64,000 bases of DNA from Terriglobia bacterium (GCA_963748015.1 CAVVHE010000008.1:47049-111048); one strand, 5' to 3'; shown: positions 35,925 to 46,736, counted from the first letter of the stretch. The notes: generated by a model not told the origin, from the sequence alone. Translations and numbers: made by a program.

Positions 35925-37727
35925 TCACTTCCGATTGAACGTGTACTCCCCGGACGGATCGCGCTGCTTCAGCGCCTTCACCGAGCCGTTCTCCACCACG
36001 AACTCGAAGACGACGTCCGAGAAGTCCTTGATCCTGAAGGCGAGCCCCTTGTGCGGCAGGAGCTCCTGATCGGGCTGTCCCGGGAAGACGAGGAACAGTC
36101 CGCCGCCCTCCTTGAGGACCACCGAGAACTTGAGACCGGTCGGCGTCTCGTAGGTTCCCGCGAGACGGGCCAGCATCGCGGCATCCACGGTCTCCGGACG
36201 GCGGGTGAAGACGGCCTCGGCCTCGTCGAGCGACATGGCCGCGCGGTCCACGTCCCCCTGCGGGCTCGTGAGGAAGTTCACGGACCACCGCCCGACCCGC
36301 TCGTCGTCGGGAGTGTCGAAACGGTCGTAGTGGAAGTGCGAGAGGGGAAGCCGGATGTTGTGGAAGTCGAACTGGAGTTGGCCGTCCTTGAGGTCCACCG
36401 CGAGCGTCCCGTAGGCCGGGTGCTCGTACTTCCCGGCATAGGCAGCCACGGGATGCGAGGGAGTGGTGTTCGTCACGCGGTCGGCGCCTGCCTTGGAGCG
36501 CGCCTCCGTGCCGGCCTTCTTCCCCTTCGCGCGGGAGTCGAGACCGCGCTCGCTCCAGGGCGTCGGGCTCATGCCGAGAAGCCGCTCGTAGACGTTGAAG
36601 CTCACCGTGTTGTAGAGGCCCGCGCAGTGGTCGCCGATCACGAACACGATCACGCCGATCTTCTCCTGGGGCATGAGCGAGACCTGCGAGTGGAACCCGT
36701 CGATGTCGCCGCCGTGGTACGCGATCAGGTGCCCCCGGTACGACGCCGTCCAGCGCCCCATTCCGTAGACGGAGTTCAGCAGCTCCCAGAAGCCCCGGAC
36801 CTCGCCCGCCGTGTTGGGGAGCGCGATGGCGGGGGCCAGCGTCGCCTTCAGCACCTCCGGCGGCAGGACCTGCTTCCCGCCGTAGTTCCCTTCGTTCATG
36901 AGGGCGATCAGCCAGTGGGACATGTCCTCGATGTTCGAGGCGATCGCGCCGGCGGGAGCGACGCCGGCCGTGTCCTCGTAGTACGGGATCCGGTAGATCT
37001 CGTACGAGTCGCGTTTCTCGGTGAACGGCACGCCGTGGTCCGGCGCCTTCGTCATCTCGGCGATCGTGTAGACGGTGGATTTCATCGCCAGGGGATCGAG
37101 GATCCGCTGGCGGACGAATTCCTCCCAGGTCTTGCCCGAAAGCAGCTCGACGATGTACCCCGCCCCCGCGTACATCATGTTGTTGTAAAGGAAGAGCTGG
37201 CGCACCGGCTCCTTCGGCTCGAGGTACTTGATCCGCTCGAACAGCTCCTTGCGGGAGAAGTCCGACTTGTACCAGATCGTGTCGTGGCGCGTGATTCCCG
37301 TCCGGTGCGCGAGCATGTCCCGCAAGGTCACCGTGCGGTCGAGGTCGTCGTTGTAGAACTTGATGGTCGGTACGAACTCCCGGACCGGCCGGTCCCACTC
37401 GATCTTCCCCTGCTGGACGAGAAGCCCCGCGGCGACGGCCGTGAAGAGCTTGGTGTTGGACGCGATCGGGGCCAGCGTCGCCGGGGTGAAGGGGAGCTTC
37501 TTCTCGTAGTCCCGGTAGCCGTACCCCTTGGCGAACACCAGCTTGTCGTTCACGACGATCCCGACGCCGACGGCGGGAGCGTTCCAGTCCTTGAGGAGCT
37601 TCTCCATGTACGCGTCGAAGCCCTGGAGCTTCTGCGCGATCGCCGCGTCGTCCGCCGCCGCGGCACCCGTCGCGGCGGCCGCCAGCAGCACCAAGCACAC
37701 GAGCATCGTCCGTCGTCCGGTCCTCAT
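35925..37727 (-). CDS. Beta-lactamase-family serine hydrolase with DUF3471-like C-terminus
   Basis: IASNTK (SxxK), YNN, HGGDIDGF, YAGKYEHPAYG; signal peptide. Confidence 0.88.
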   Translation of the reverse strand: MRTGRRTMLVCLVLLAAAATGAAAADDAAIAQKLQGFDAYMEKLLKDWNAPAVGVGIVVNDKLVFAKGYGYRDYEKKLPFTPATLAPIASNTKLFTAVAAGLLVQQGKIEWDRPVREFVPTIKFYNDDLDRTVTLRDMLAHRTGITRHDTIWYKSDFSRKELFERIKYLEPKEPVRQLFLYNNMMYAGAGYIVELLSGKTWEEFVRQRILDPLAMKSTVYTIAEMTKAPDHGVPFTEKRDSYEIYRIPYYEDTAGVAPAGAIASNIEDMSHWLIALMNEGNYGGKQVLPPEVLKATLAPAIALPNTAGEVRGFWELLNSVYGMGRWTASYRGHLIAYHGGDIDGFHSQVSLMPQEKIGVIVFVIGDHCAGLYNTVSFNVYERLLGMSPTPWSERGLDSRAKGKKAGTEARSKAGADRVTNTTPSHPVAAYAGKYEHPAYGTLAVDLKDGQLQFDFHNIRLPLSHFHYDRFDTPDDERVGRWSVNFLTSPQGDVDRAAMSLDEAEAVFTRRPETVDAAMLARLAGTYETPTGLKFSVVLKEGGGLFLVFPGQPDQELLPHKGLAFRIKDFSDVVFEFVVENGSVKALKQRDPSGEYTFNRK

Positions 37728-37828
37728 GCGGTCCCCCTTCGTTCGCCGTTGTAAGACAGGTCGAGTGCGCGCCGGTCGGTTCTTCACATCAAGATGTACG
37801 CAGTAGGGGAGCGGGAGGTTCACCCGCC

Positions 37829-37988
37829 GCCCGCGGTTGCCGGGGAAAGGCCGGGGGCGTCCTCGCCGGCCCGGACAAGGGCCGCCTCCCGCTGCCCGCG
37901 GTTGCTCGGAAGAGGCCGAGGGCGTCCTCGCCGGCCCGGAAAAGGGCCGTCTCCGGACGCCCTCGGCCTCTTCCGAGCAACCGCGGGC
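37829..37988. repeat. Structured intergenic repeat, copies 1 (partial) and 2
   Basis: 65-bp-period imperfect direct repeat (37829, 37894); copy 2 has perfect 34-bp arms 37894-37927 / 37955-37988 around a 27-nt loop. Confidence 0.8.
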
Positions 37989-37996
37989 GGGAGATC

Positions 37997-39898
37997 CTAG
38001 GGCGAGAGGAGTGATTCTGCGTCCGGGGGAAGCTTGATTCCCAGCTCCCGTGCGCGCGCGAAGTGACTCCTCGCGTCGTCTTGCCGGCCCATTCTCCGGT
38101 AGAGCTCTCCGAGACGGTAGTGGGTCCGGCCCGACGCGGGCTCGAGCTCGAGGGCGACGCCGTACTCGCGGATCGCCTCGTCGTTGCGCCCGGTCGCCGC
38201 GAGGGCCATGCCCAGAGCGCCGTGGGCGTCGGGGTCCGCGGGGGAGTGCTCGATCGCGGCCCGGTACTCGTCGATGGCCTTGTCGTAGAGCCGCTTCAGC
38301 GCATGGGTGTTGCCGAGGTTGTAGTGGGCGGGGGAGAGCCTCGGGTTGAGGCGGACCGCTTCCTGGAACTGCTCGGTCGCCTCCTCGATCTTCCCGGCGC
38401 GAAGCAGGAGAAGGCCGAGGTTGTTGTGCGCGTTCGCGTACCTCGGATCCACGCGGATCGCCTCCTCCAGAGCCTCGGCGGCCTCCACGTTCTTTCCCTG
38501 CTGCACCAGGAGGAGGCCGATGTTGCTGTGGGCCTCGGCGATGTCGTGCTTGATCGAGACCGCTTTCCGGAGGGTCTCCATGGCCTCGTCCGCCTTCCCC
38601 TGGGCCATGTACATCGCGCCGAGGTTGTTGAACGCCATCCACGCGCGCGGGTTTTCGGCGATGACGCTCTTCCACAGCGTCTCCGAGTCGCGGAAATTCC
38701 TCGAGTGGGCGACGGTCTTCCCGCCGAGGAGCGCCACCGCGAGCGCGAGGAGCAGGTACGCGGCGGCACGACGGGTCCCGGCTCCCATCGCGAGCGAGCG
38801 GGCGAGCGCGCCGAGAAGCGCCGCCGCCGCCGAAACCGCGAGGAGGATCCCGGCCGGCGACGCGACGTACTGGAAGTGGTCGGCCACCCAGGAGTACATC
38901 ATCGGGTAGACGTTGAAGAAGCCGAGCGCGGGAAAGAGCGAAACCGCGAAGTACGCGAGCATCGCGAACGCTCCGCGTCCGATCCTCTCCCTATAGCGGA
39001 AGAGCGCGACGAAGGCCGCGACGAGCGCCAGGGCCGGGAGCCACTGCAGCGGCTCCCTCCAGCCGATTTCCCAGCGCGGGTAGAAGAAGACCAGCTGGAG
39101 CGGCGCGACCAGCTTGTAGAGGTAGAACGCGATGATCCGGCCCGCCAGCACGAGATGGTCGAGCGCGGAGAGAGTCCACTTCTCGCCCGACGCGCCGACC
39201 CGGTGGATCTCGACGAAGACGGTGTTCAGGCCGAGTGCCAGGCCGGCCAGCGCGAAGGGGACGAGCTCCAGGAGGTGCTTCGGCCGGATCTCCTCCTTCT
39301 TCCACCACCGGACGACGAGGGGAAGCACGACGAAGCAGGCGGTCACCGTCTTGCTCAGCAGCGCGAGCAGGAACGACAGGAAAGCGAGGGCGTAGCTCCG
39401 CCGCCTCGCCGTCTTCCGATAGTCGAGATACGCGAGGATCGCGAGGAAGTAGAAGAGCGCCGCGAGGAGGTTCTTTCTCTCCGTGATCCACGCGACCGTC
39501 TCCACCTGGACGGGGTGGACCGCGAACACGAGGGCGCACGCGAAGGCCAGCGGTCTCGCGAGCCGCCGCAGGACGAGGTAGAGGAGAATGGCGTTCGCCG
39601 CCTGGAGCGCAAGGTTGACCGCGTGGTAGCCGAACGGATCGTTCCCCCAGAGACCGCGCTCGATCAGGAACGACGTGAATACCACCGGGTAGTACTGCGG
39701 GGTCTCGTACGAGAACCAGATCTGGCGCAGCGCGTGCGGGCGCTCGAGCACGAGGTTGTGGGTGACGTAGTTGTCGTCGTCCCAGATGAACCCGTTGCCG
39801 AGCGACGGGACGTACACCGCCGTGGTCAGCGCGACCAGGATGGCGACGTGGGCTAGCTCGACCTTTCGGGCCGCGAGAAACTCCCGGAATCGGCGCAT
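37997..39898 (-). CDS. TMTC-like membrane glycosyltransferase with C-terminal TPRs
   Basis: NGFIWDD, YHAVN, FAVHPVQVETVAWITERK, ADHFQY, then TPRs; TAGAAT 7 nt before ATG 39898. Confidence 0.85.
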   Translation of the reverse strand: MRRFREFLAARKVELAHVAILVALTTAVYVPSLGNGFIWDDDNYVTHNLVLERPHALRQIWFSYETPQYYPVVFTSFLIERGLWGNDPFGYHAVNLALQAANAILLYLVLRRLARPLAFACALVFAVHPVQVETVAWITERKNLLAALFYFLAILAYLDYRKTARRRSYALAFLSFLLALLSKTVTACFVVLPLVVRWWKKEEIRPKHLLELVPFALAGLALGLNTVFVEIHRVGASGEKWTLSALDHLVLAGRIIAFYLYKLVAPLQLVFFYPRWEIGWREPLQWLPALALVAAFVALFRYRERIGRGAFAMLAYFAVSLFPALGFFNVYPMMYSWVADHFQYVASPAGILLAVSAAAALLGALARSLAMGAGTRRAAAYLLLALAVALLGGKTVAHSRNFRDSETLWKSVIAENPRAWMAFNNLGAMYMAQGKADEAMETLRKAVSIKHDIAEAHSNIGLLLVQQGKNVEAAEALEEAIRVDPRYANAHNNLGLLLLRAGKIEEATEQFQEAVRLNPRLSPAHYNLGNTHALKRLYDKAIDEYRAAIEHSPADPDAHGALGMALAATGRNDEAIREYGVALELEPASGRTHYRLGELYRRMGRQDDARSHFARARELGIKLPPDAESLLSP

Positions 39899-39967
39899 CC
39901 CGAGGATTCTATCCCGAGCACGGCGCGCGGTCGCCATCCGATGCGCTCCGCGCTCCCACCGCGAGGC

Positions 39968-40031
39968 CCGAGGCCGGAAGCGTTCCTCGCCGGCCCGGAA
40001 AAGGGCCGTCTCCGGACGCTTCCGGCCTCGG
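39968..40031. repeat. Structured intergenic repeat, copy 3
   Basis: Same 27-nt loop TCGCCGGCCCGGAAAAGGGCCGTCTCC with a different but still complementary stem. Confidence 0.8.
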
Positions 40032-40087
40032 ACCCCGCTCGGTCGTCGGCCTGTGAGGGCGAGCGATTGCCGGGCCGAGCCCGCGGG

Positions 40088-40188
40088 CTACGCGCCCTTC
40101 TCGCCGGGAGCGGGGCGGTCGCGGAGCGAGCGGGCGATGGCCCACACGGTCAGGCCGACGCAGAGCACGAAGACGACGAGACAGGGCG
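40088..40188 (-). repeat. Duplicated 3' end of the gene that ends at 41731
   Basis: 40088-40180 matches 41731-41823 with three mismatches, one being TAG versus TAA. Confidence 0.85.
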
Positions 40189-40266
40189 CTCGGCGTCCGC
40201 CGGCGCGGATTGGACTACTGCGAGGAGGCAACCTAAGTTCTCTCCACGACGCCCCTGGAGGGTCCA

Positions 40267-41670
40267 TTGCGCTCGTTCCGCGACCTGCACGCCGGCGCGC
40301 TCGGCATCAAGCTCCTGGGAGCGATCCTGCTCGCATCCCTTCTGGCGGCCCCCGCGAAGGCCCCGGAGCCGCGCGCCCGGCGGGCGCCCGACATCGTGCT
40401 GGTCACGATCGACACGCTCCGGCAGGACGACGTCTCCTGCTACGGCCACCGGCACCCGACGACGCCGTTCCTGGATCGGCTGGCGAGGGAGGCGGTGCGC
40501 TTCGACCGGGCGTACAGCACGTCGTCCTGGACCCTGCCCGCGATCGTCTCGATGCTGACCGGGCTCGATCCGGCCGTCCACGGGATGAACGACGCGACCA
40601 CGGACGACGACGGGCGGCTGCTCCGTCAGCCGGCTCTCCCCGGGGATCTCGCGTTCCTTCCCCAGCTGCTCCATGCCCGGGGGTACCAGACCTTCGGGCT
40701 CACCGCGAACGAGCACCTGAGGGGTGATCTGGGCTTCCGGCGCGGCTTCGACTCCTTCCTCGGCGTCGGTTTCAAATCGGCGCCGTCGCTTCGCGAGCCC
40801 TTGCTCGAGATCCGCCGCCGGATCGACCCGAAGCGGCCTTACTTCCTCTGGGTCCACTACCTCGACCCGCACCTGCCCTACGACTCGAACCTGCCCATGC
40901 TGCGCGAGTACCTCCCCGACGCCGTCGGGCCGGACCGCGCATTGCTCGGCCGAGTTCAGTCCGCCAACAACCCGGCGGCGCTCTCGGCCCTCGGTCCCGG
41001 GAGGGAGCCCGAGGTCCTCGCATACGCGCGAGCTTCCCACGACAGCGACGTTCGTTTCGTGGATCGTCAGGTCGCGGTCCTGTTCGATCTCCTCGAGATC
41101 GGGAACGACGACCTCGTGGTGGTCGTCAGCGATCACGGCGAGGAGTTCATGGAGCATGGAGCGTTCGGCCACGGACACACGCTCTTCGAGGAGCTGCTGC
41201 GGGTACCGCTCCTCGTGCGCCTGCCCGACGGTCGCGGCGCCGGACGGACGATCGGGGCCCCGGTCAGCGTCATGGACGTGTTCCCCACCGTCCTCGAGGC
41301 AGCCGGGATCGAGCCGCCGCTATCCATCCAGGCGGCGAGCCTCCTGCCGTTGATCGAGCGCGACGAGCCGGCGCGCGATCGCGTAATCCACGCGTCCACC
41401 CTGACGGACGTGGAGATCGACTCGCTGACGGTCGGCCGCTTCAAGTACATCGAGCCCGCGGGAAGACCCCGCGAGGCCATGCTCTTCGATCTCGACAGCG
41501 ACCCGGGCGAGCACGCGAACGTCATCGCCCGGCACGCGGGGGAGGTCGAGGGATTCCGTCGCGCCCTCGAGCGCCTGCGCGAGTCCTCTCGGCCCGGGGC
41601 ACGTTCGAGCAGTGTCAGCGTCTCCCCGGAGCTGCGCGACGCGCTGCGCTCCCTGGGCTACCTGCACTGA
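40267..41670 (+). CDS. Sulfatase-like (AlkP superfamily) protein
   Basis: VLVTIDTLR, SSWTLPAIVSMLTG, WVHYLDPH, SDHGEEF, LRSLGYL; TTG start with GGAGG. Confidence 0.85.
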   Translation: MRSFRDLHAGALGIKLLGAILLASLLAAPAKAPEPRARRAPDIVLVTIDTLRQDDVSCYGHRHPTTPFLDRLAREAVRFDRAYSTSSWTLPAIVSMLTGLDPAVHGMNDATTDDDGRLLRQPALPGDLAFLPQLLHARGYQTFGLTANEHLRGDLGFRRGFDSFLGVGFKSAPSLREPLLEIRRRIDPKRPYFLWVHYLDPHLPYDSNLPMLREYLPDAVGPDRALLGRVQSANNPAALSALGPGREPEVLAYARASHDSDVRFVDRQVAVLFDLLEIGNDDLVVVVSDHGEEFMEHGAFGHGHTLFEELLRVPLLVRLPDGRGAGRTIGAPVSVMDVFPTVLEAAGIEPPLSIQAASLLPLIERDEPARDRVIHASTLTDVEIDSLTVGRFKYIEPAGRPREAMLFDLDSDPGEHANVIARHAGEVEGFRRALERLRESSRPGARSSSVSVSPELRDALRSLGYLH

Positions 41671-41730
41671 GCCAGATCTGGCAGCCTTCCGCCGGCCGGC
41701 CGATCCTCCTATGCCGTTCGCGGCGTCGCG

Positions 41731-42830
41731 TTACGCGCCCTTCTCGCCGGGAGCCGGGCGGTCGCGGAGCGAGCGGGCGACGGCCCACACGGTCAGGCCG
41801 ACGCAGAGCACGAAGACGACGAGGAACAGGGCGAAGGCGTCCCACTGCGGCTTGACGGTCATGGACTCGGTGGCCCGCGCGGGGGCGAGGTACAGGCCGC
41901 GGAGCTGGTGGCGCGTGATCACCATCACGACCATCGCCCCGACGATCAGCTCGGCCGCGTGGCGCACGAGCCTCGGCGACTCGAGGGGATCTCGGATCCG
42001 GGCGAGCACCACGACGAGGCCGAGGGCGGCGAGGATGGCGAGGGTCAGCGGGATCATCGTCGCGGCCCCGCCGCGCATGAACCCGCGGAGCACGTCGCCG
42101 GGCAGGGCGAGGAGCATCCAGATGCCGACGACGATCTGCGCGACCGTCGCGTAGAGGGCGGTCGCGACGCCGAACCTGGCCATGTCGCGGCAGAGCGAGG
42201 TCTCGTGGCCGGAACCCGCCCGTCGGACGGCGACGAAGGCGAGCAGGGCCGCCGCGAGGCTCAACGCGGCGAGCACGAAGTGCAGGAACCGCGGCAGGAA
42301 GCTCGGGTCGAGGAAGGCGGCAAAGGAGCCGGCGGCGACCGCTGGCCCAGCGCCCCGGCTGCAGCTGGAGCAGGTTCACGGCGACCTGGATCGCCGCGAT
42401 GAGGAGGAAGCAGGCCGCCTCGAGCCAGAGCACCAGGGACGCCGCCTGGCCGTTCTTGAGACGGTGCTTGGCGACGTAGTTGAGGTAGTACGCCGACCGT
42501 GAGCAGGACGAGCATCCCGAGCCAGTACCAGGCCACCAGGATCGTCGCGGAGTAGAAGAAGCGCCCGAAGAGCGCCTGCAGGAACAGGAGCGGCGCGATC
42601 CCGAACGTGATGGCGAGCGAGATCGCCCAGGAGTTCGTCTCGACGAAGAACGTCCGCGTGTCGCGGCCGATGTCGCGTGTCCCCACCACGGCGGCCAGGA
42701 TCGAGCCGCCGAGCACCGCGTTCATGAATACCAGGTGGATGAAGAACGTGAGGAGCCAGAGGGCGTGGAAGAGCCACGGCGGTCCCGGCAGGGGAGCGGG
42801 GTCGAGCGCGGGGATCGGGCTACCGGGCAT
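41731..42830 (-). CDS. Polytopic membrane partner of the CydA-like cytochrome (two apparent frameshifts, ~42490 and ~42340)
   Basis: TFFIHLVFMN, ITFGIAPLLFLQ, PRFLHF, MVITRH spread over three frames; ATG overlaps upstream gene end. Confidence 0.7.
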
Positions 42831-44185
42831 CGGTCACCTCCGTGGGTTTCGACGACACGAGGCTCGCGAGGTAGGCGGCGAGCGCCTCTGACCTCCTCGT
42901 CGGTCCCGACCAGCGGGGGCATGAGCGGGTAGTCGAGCTTCCGGATGTCGATGTGGTCGTCCGCCGACGTCGCGCCCCGGATGGCCTCTCCCTGGGCGTG
43001 CAGCGTGTCGAGGACGGCCGGCAGCCCGTCCACTCCCACCCGCCCGACCATCTTCCGGATCGAGAGATAGTGGCCGAGCGTATGGCAGGAGGCGCACTGC
43101 GCGCGGAACACCGCGCGTCCCTTCGATTCGATCGAGGTCCCCGCCTGGCTCGCGGCGAACGTCGCCTTGGACAGGCTCCCCTTCTGGTTCAGCTCGCCGA
43201 TCTCGCCGACCAGGATGCCGTTCGAGAACATGAAATCCCGGATCACGAAGGGCTTCCTCGATCCCTCCCGGAGCCGCTCGTACGAACCGAAGAAGAGGAA
43301 CGCCGCGATCAGGGCGACGACGGCGAGGGGCCATCGCTGCGCGCGCGGCACCACGAGCTGCAGGATCGCGAGGAGCAGGAACGCCGTGAGCGCCCAGAGG
43401 GCCAAGTGCCGCGTCGTCGCCAGCGAGGGGAGGATCGGCGACGCTCCGCGGAAGATGGCCGCGACGGACTCGGGGAGCGCGGCCTCCCACCAGCGGTAGC
43501 CGCCGTAGGCGACGATCGCGCCGGCGACCGAGAAGCCCGCGAGGAGCCGGACCAGCGAGGCGCGCGCCGCGGCGTCCCGCTCGCGCAGCGCGGCGAACGT
43601 CATGTAGGCGCCGGCGAGCAGCAGGCAGATCCCGGTCCGCAGGACGGTGCCCGGGACGTAGGACGGATTGAAGATGCCGTGCCAGAACGAGCGCGTCGCC
43701 AGCCAGCGCCCCGGCGTCAGCATGAACGACAGGATGCCCTGGATGATGACGAGCGACATGAACGCCGCGAAGGCGTAGAGCCAGATGATCAGGAGGTGCG
43801 TCCGGGGGCGCACCTTCTCCCAGGTCGCCCAGTAGAGCAGCGCGGTGACGACCTCGAGGATGAAGAACCCCCACTCGGCCGCCCACCCCCAGACGTAGTT
43901 GTGGATCAGCGCGGAGGTCGCAGCCGGCTGCACGAGCCCGATCGTCACCCAGATGCCGACGCCGCTGATCGCCCCGAAAACGGTCGAGACGAGGATGAGC
44001 ATGAGCGACGAGCGCTTCGCGAGCTCGCGCAGCGCGGGATCTCCGCGGCGGACCGCGAGCGTCTCCACGATCGCGATGGCGATGCCGCCTCCCACCGCGA
44101 AGTGCGAGACCAGGACGTGGGCGATGGCCACGATCCCGATGAGGACGCCGCCGCCGAGTGCCACGTCCCAGATCGGATAGTCCAC
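42820..44185 (-). CDS. Cytochrome bd subunit I-like membrane protein fused to a cytochrome c domain (frameshift ~42889)
   Basis: HVLVSHFAVGGG, GAISGVGIW, WAAEWGFF, RKPFVI, CASCH, MPP; natural end EALAAYLASL...AR* in the next frame. Confidence 0.78.
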
Positions 44186-44277
44186 GAGCGCCTCCTTTCC
44201 GCCGGCCGGTCCGGACGGAGGCAGAGATTACCACCAGGAGGGAGCGGAATGGAGCACCCCGAAGGCGCGGTTCCCGG

Positions 44278-45911
44278 CTACTCCCCGGACGGCCGAGCGG
44301 GCTCTCCCGCGCCCCCCGGCGGGGCCAGACGGATCACCGTCAGACCGCCGAAACGCCGCTCGGACAGGCGGCCTTCCGCATCGCCCGGAGCCGGGAGCTC
44401 GACGAATCGCCGGAGCGGCATGCCGGTCTCGAAGACGAGGGTCATCGCCGAAGCGCCGGCGTCGGGCGGGGTCTCGAGGTCGGGGAACAGCCGCCGGCTC
44501 CATCCGAACAGCGCGGCCGACGCCCGGACGCTCCCGCCGCTCTCGAAGATGATCGGGTACTGGAACGGCGCGCTCGACTGGACGAAGCGCACGCCGCCGG
44601 CCCGAAGGTCGCCGAGCATTCCCTCGATGTCCGCCGCGGGGATCTTCCTCATTCGCGTGCTCCCCGCCTCGTCCGTGACGAGCGTATCGATCCCGCCGTT
44701 CCGCAGGAACGTTCCAGGCTTCGTAGAGCCCTCCGAGCAGGAGGATCGCGAGCACGGCCGCGGCGCCGGCTCTCGCCGCGACGAGGCGGCCGGACAGGAG
44801 CGAGCCGATGACGCTCGCCAGGATCACCGCGATGAAGGGGTACGCCCCGATCAGGTATCCCGCGACCCTGAAGTGCGCCGCGAAGTAGGGGAGCGAGCAG
44901 GCGCCGAGGAACACGATCGCGTAGAGGACCCGGTCCTCCGGGCGGGTCTCGCCCGCTCCGCAGCAGGTGATCGCGGAGAAACCCTCCGACGCGGCGCCGC
45001 GCGAGCCACACGGCGAGTGCCAAGGCCAGGAGGAAGACGATCGCGTAGAGGGTCCCGGTCGCGCTCTTCTCGGGGTAGTACCACATGACCGTGTCGGCGC
45101 CGAAGAACCGGGGAAGCTCGACGAGGAAAAACCGCCGCGCGAGGCGGAGGATCGGCACCTCGACGGGGGAGGGCTCGGCCGCCAGCTTTCGCGCCGCGAT
45201 CTCCTTCCAGCTCGCCATGCCGTGCGTGACGTTGAACAGGAGGGCGGGGAGATAGCCGGCGACGGCGCCGCCCAAGGCAGCGGCCGCCTGCCTCGGCGGC
45301 AGCGCTCGCCGCAGCAGCAGGAGGACAGCGGCCGTCCCCGCGACGGGAAGGGCGAGCTCCATCGCCCACAGCGAGAGCCCCGCGACCGCTCCGAAAGCGA
45401 CGAACGGCCAGGGCGATCGAGGCCGGGTCTCGAGCAGCAGCAGGAAGAGGCCGAAGAGGATCGGGATCGAGAGAAGGTACGGGCCGTACCCGCGGACCTG
45501 GAAGTGCCACTTGAGCAGCGTCGGGGCGAGCGCGTAGATCGAGGCGGCGACGAGCGCCGTTCGCTCGTCCCAGAATCGCCGCACGACCGCGTAGAGCGCC
45601 GCGAGGGAGAGGAGCGAGAGCAGGACGATGCAGCCCTTGAGGGGGACGACCCCGGCTCCGAAGACGGCGAACGACGCGGCGGCCAGGTAGGCCTCCATGG
45701 CGGCCCCGCCGTTCCACAACTGCCCGGCCATGTAGACGGGGAAGAGGCGGCCCTCGAGGATGCGCATCCCCATGAGGCCGATGATCGCCTCGTCGCTGTG
45801 CACGTGCGTTTGCGCAAGGAAGAGGATCGCGAGGCGGAGCGCGGCGGTCAGCAGCAGGAGGACCAGGAAGGCCCGATGTCTCGTGACGAAGATCCACCCT
45901 GCCGCGTGCAA
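44278..45911 (-). CDS. ArnT/GT39-like membrane glycosyltransferase (frameshifts ~44960, ~44710)
   Basis: HSDEAIIGLMG N-terminal motif, many TM helices, coding signal continues across three frames; start uncertain. Confidence 0.65.
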
Positions 45912-45999
45912 TGCCGAGTCCTCCGCGTCCGGCCGCCCGGACAGTGCCTAAGCCTGAACGATGCGGAGGCGTCCTGTCCAGCCCGCCGCGAGGACCCGC

Positions 46000-46559
46000 C
46001 TACGCTCCCGGCCAGAGAAGCCGGAACACGAGGCCCGTCGCGAGCGCGTAGACGAGCGCATCGGCGATCCCGCGGAGGGAATTCGCCCAGGGGATTCCCT
46101 TCCAGATCGAATCCTGCAGGTAGCCGAACGCGTACCCGACCAGCGCGACGGCGCCGGTGATGCGCATGACCTCGAGGCCGGCGGTCCCGGCGGACAGCGT
46201 GTGCCGGGCCACGTAGGCGGCCGTGAAGCTGACGAAGAAGCACAGGAGGAGCCACTGCACGAGATTCTTCGCCATTTGGGGGGGCCGTTCGGAATGACCG
46301 TCAGCAGCGCGACGGGGCCGTCGGCGAACTTCTTCTGGACGGCCGGGTCCTTCATCTGCGAGTGGTCGGGGCAGTAGGGGATGAAGTACACCCCCGGCGC
46401 GGGATTGCCCTTGCGAACCGCTTCTCTTACGGCGTCCTCGTTGGACAATCCGCGGTAGTCGCGGTTGTGGTGTTTCAGGATCATGTGCGCGAGGGAGCTG
46501 AGGACGAAGACGGCGATCGCGGACACGACGACGGGGATCCACAGGCTTCCGAAGGGCAT
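46000..46559 (-). CDS. Conserved hypothetical membrane protein (frameshift in G-run ~46278)
   Basis: MPFGSLWIPVV...PGVYFIP joins MAKNLVQW...DSIWKGIPW...LWPGA; AGGAGG RBS. Confidence 0.7.
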
Positions 46560-46631
46560 GACGACCTCCTCCTTCCCGGCGTCGCCGGGGATTCTCGATC
46601 ATACGGTCCCGCGCCTCGGGCGAGGTCCCGT

Positions 46632-46660
46632 TTGACAGCATAGAGGACTAATTCTATCCT
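46632..46660 (+). promoter_or_regulatory. Sigma70 promoter of the RND operon with an overlapping palindrome
   Basis: TTGACA-17 bp-TATCCT; ATAGA-N8-TCTAT at 46640-46657. Confidence 0.6.
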
Positions 46661-46736
46661 ATTTCGGTCAGGGATGAGGACGGCGGGGTGCATTCGCGGC
46701 GCGGCCGCCTCTCGGGGTTGGAAAGGAAAGGTCACG

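Noticed and set aside
37829-37988. Possible CRISPR array
   Set aside because: Only two tandem units with no unique spacers and no cas genes; the structure is a long inverted repeat.
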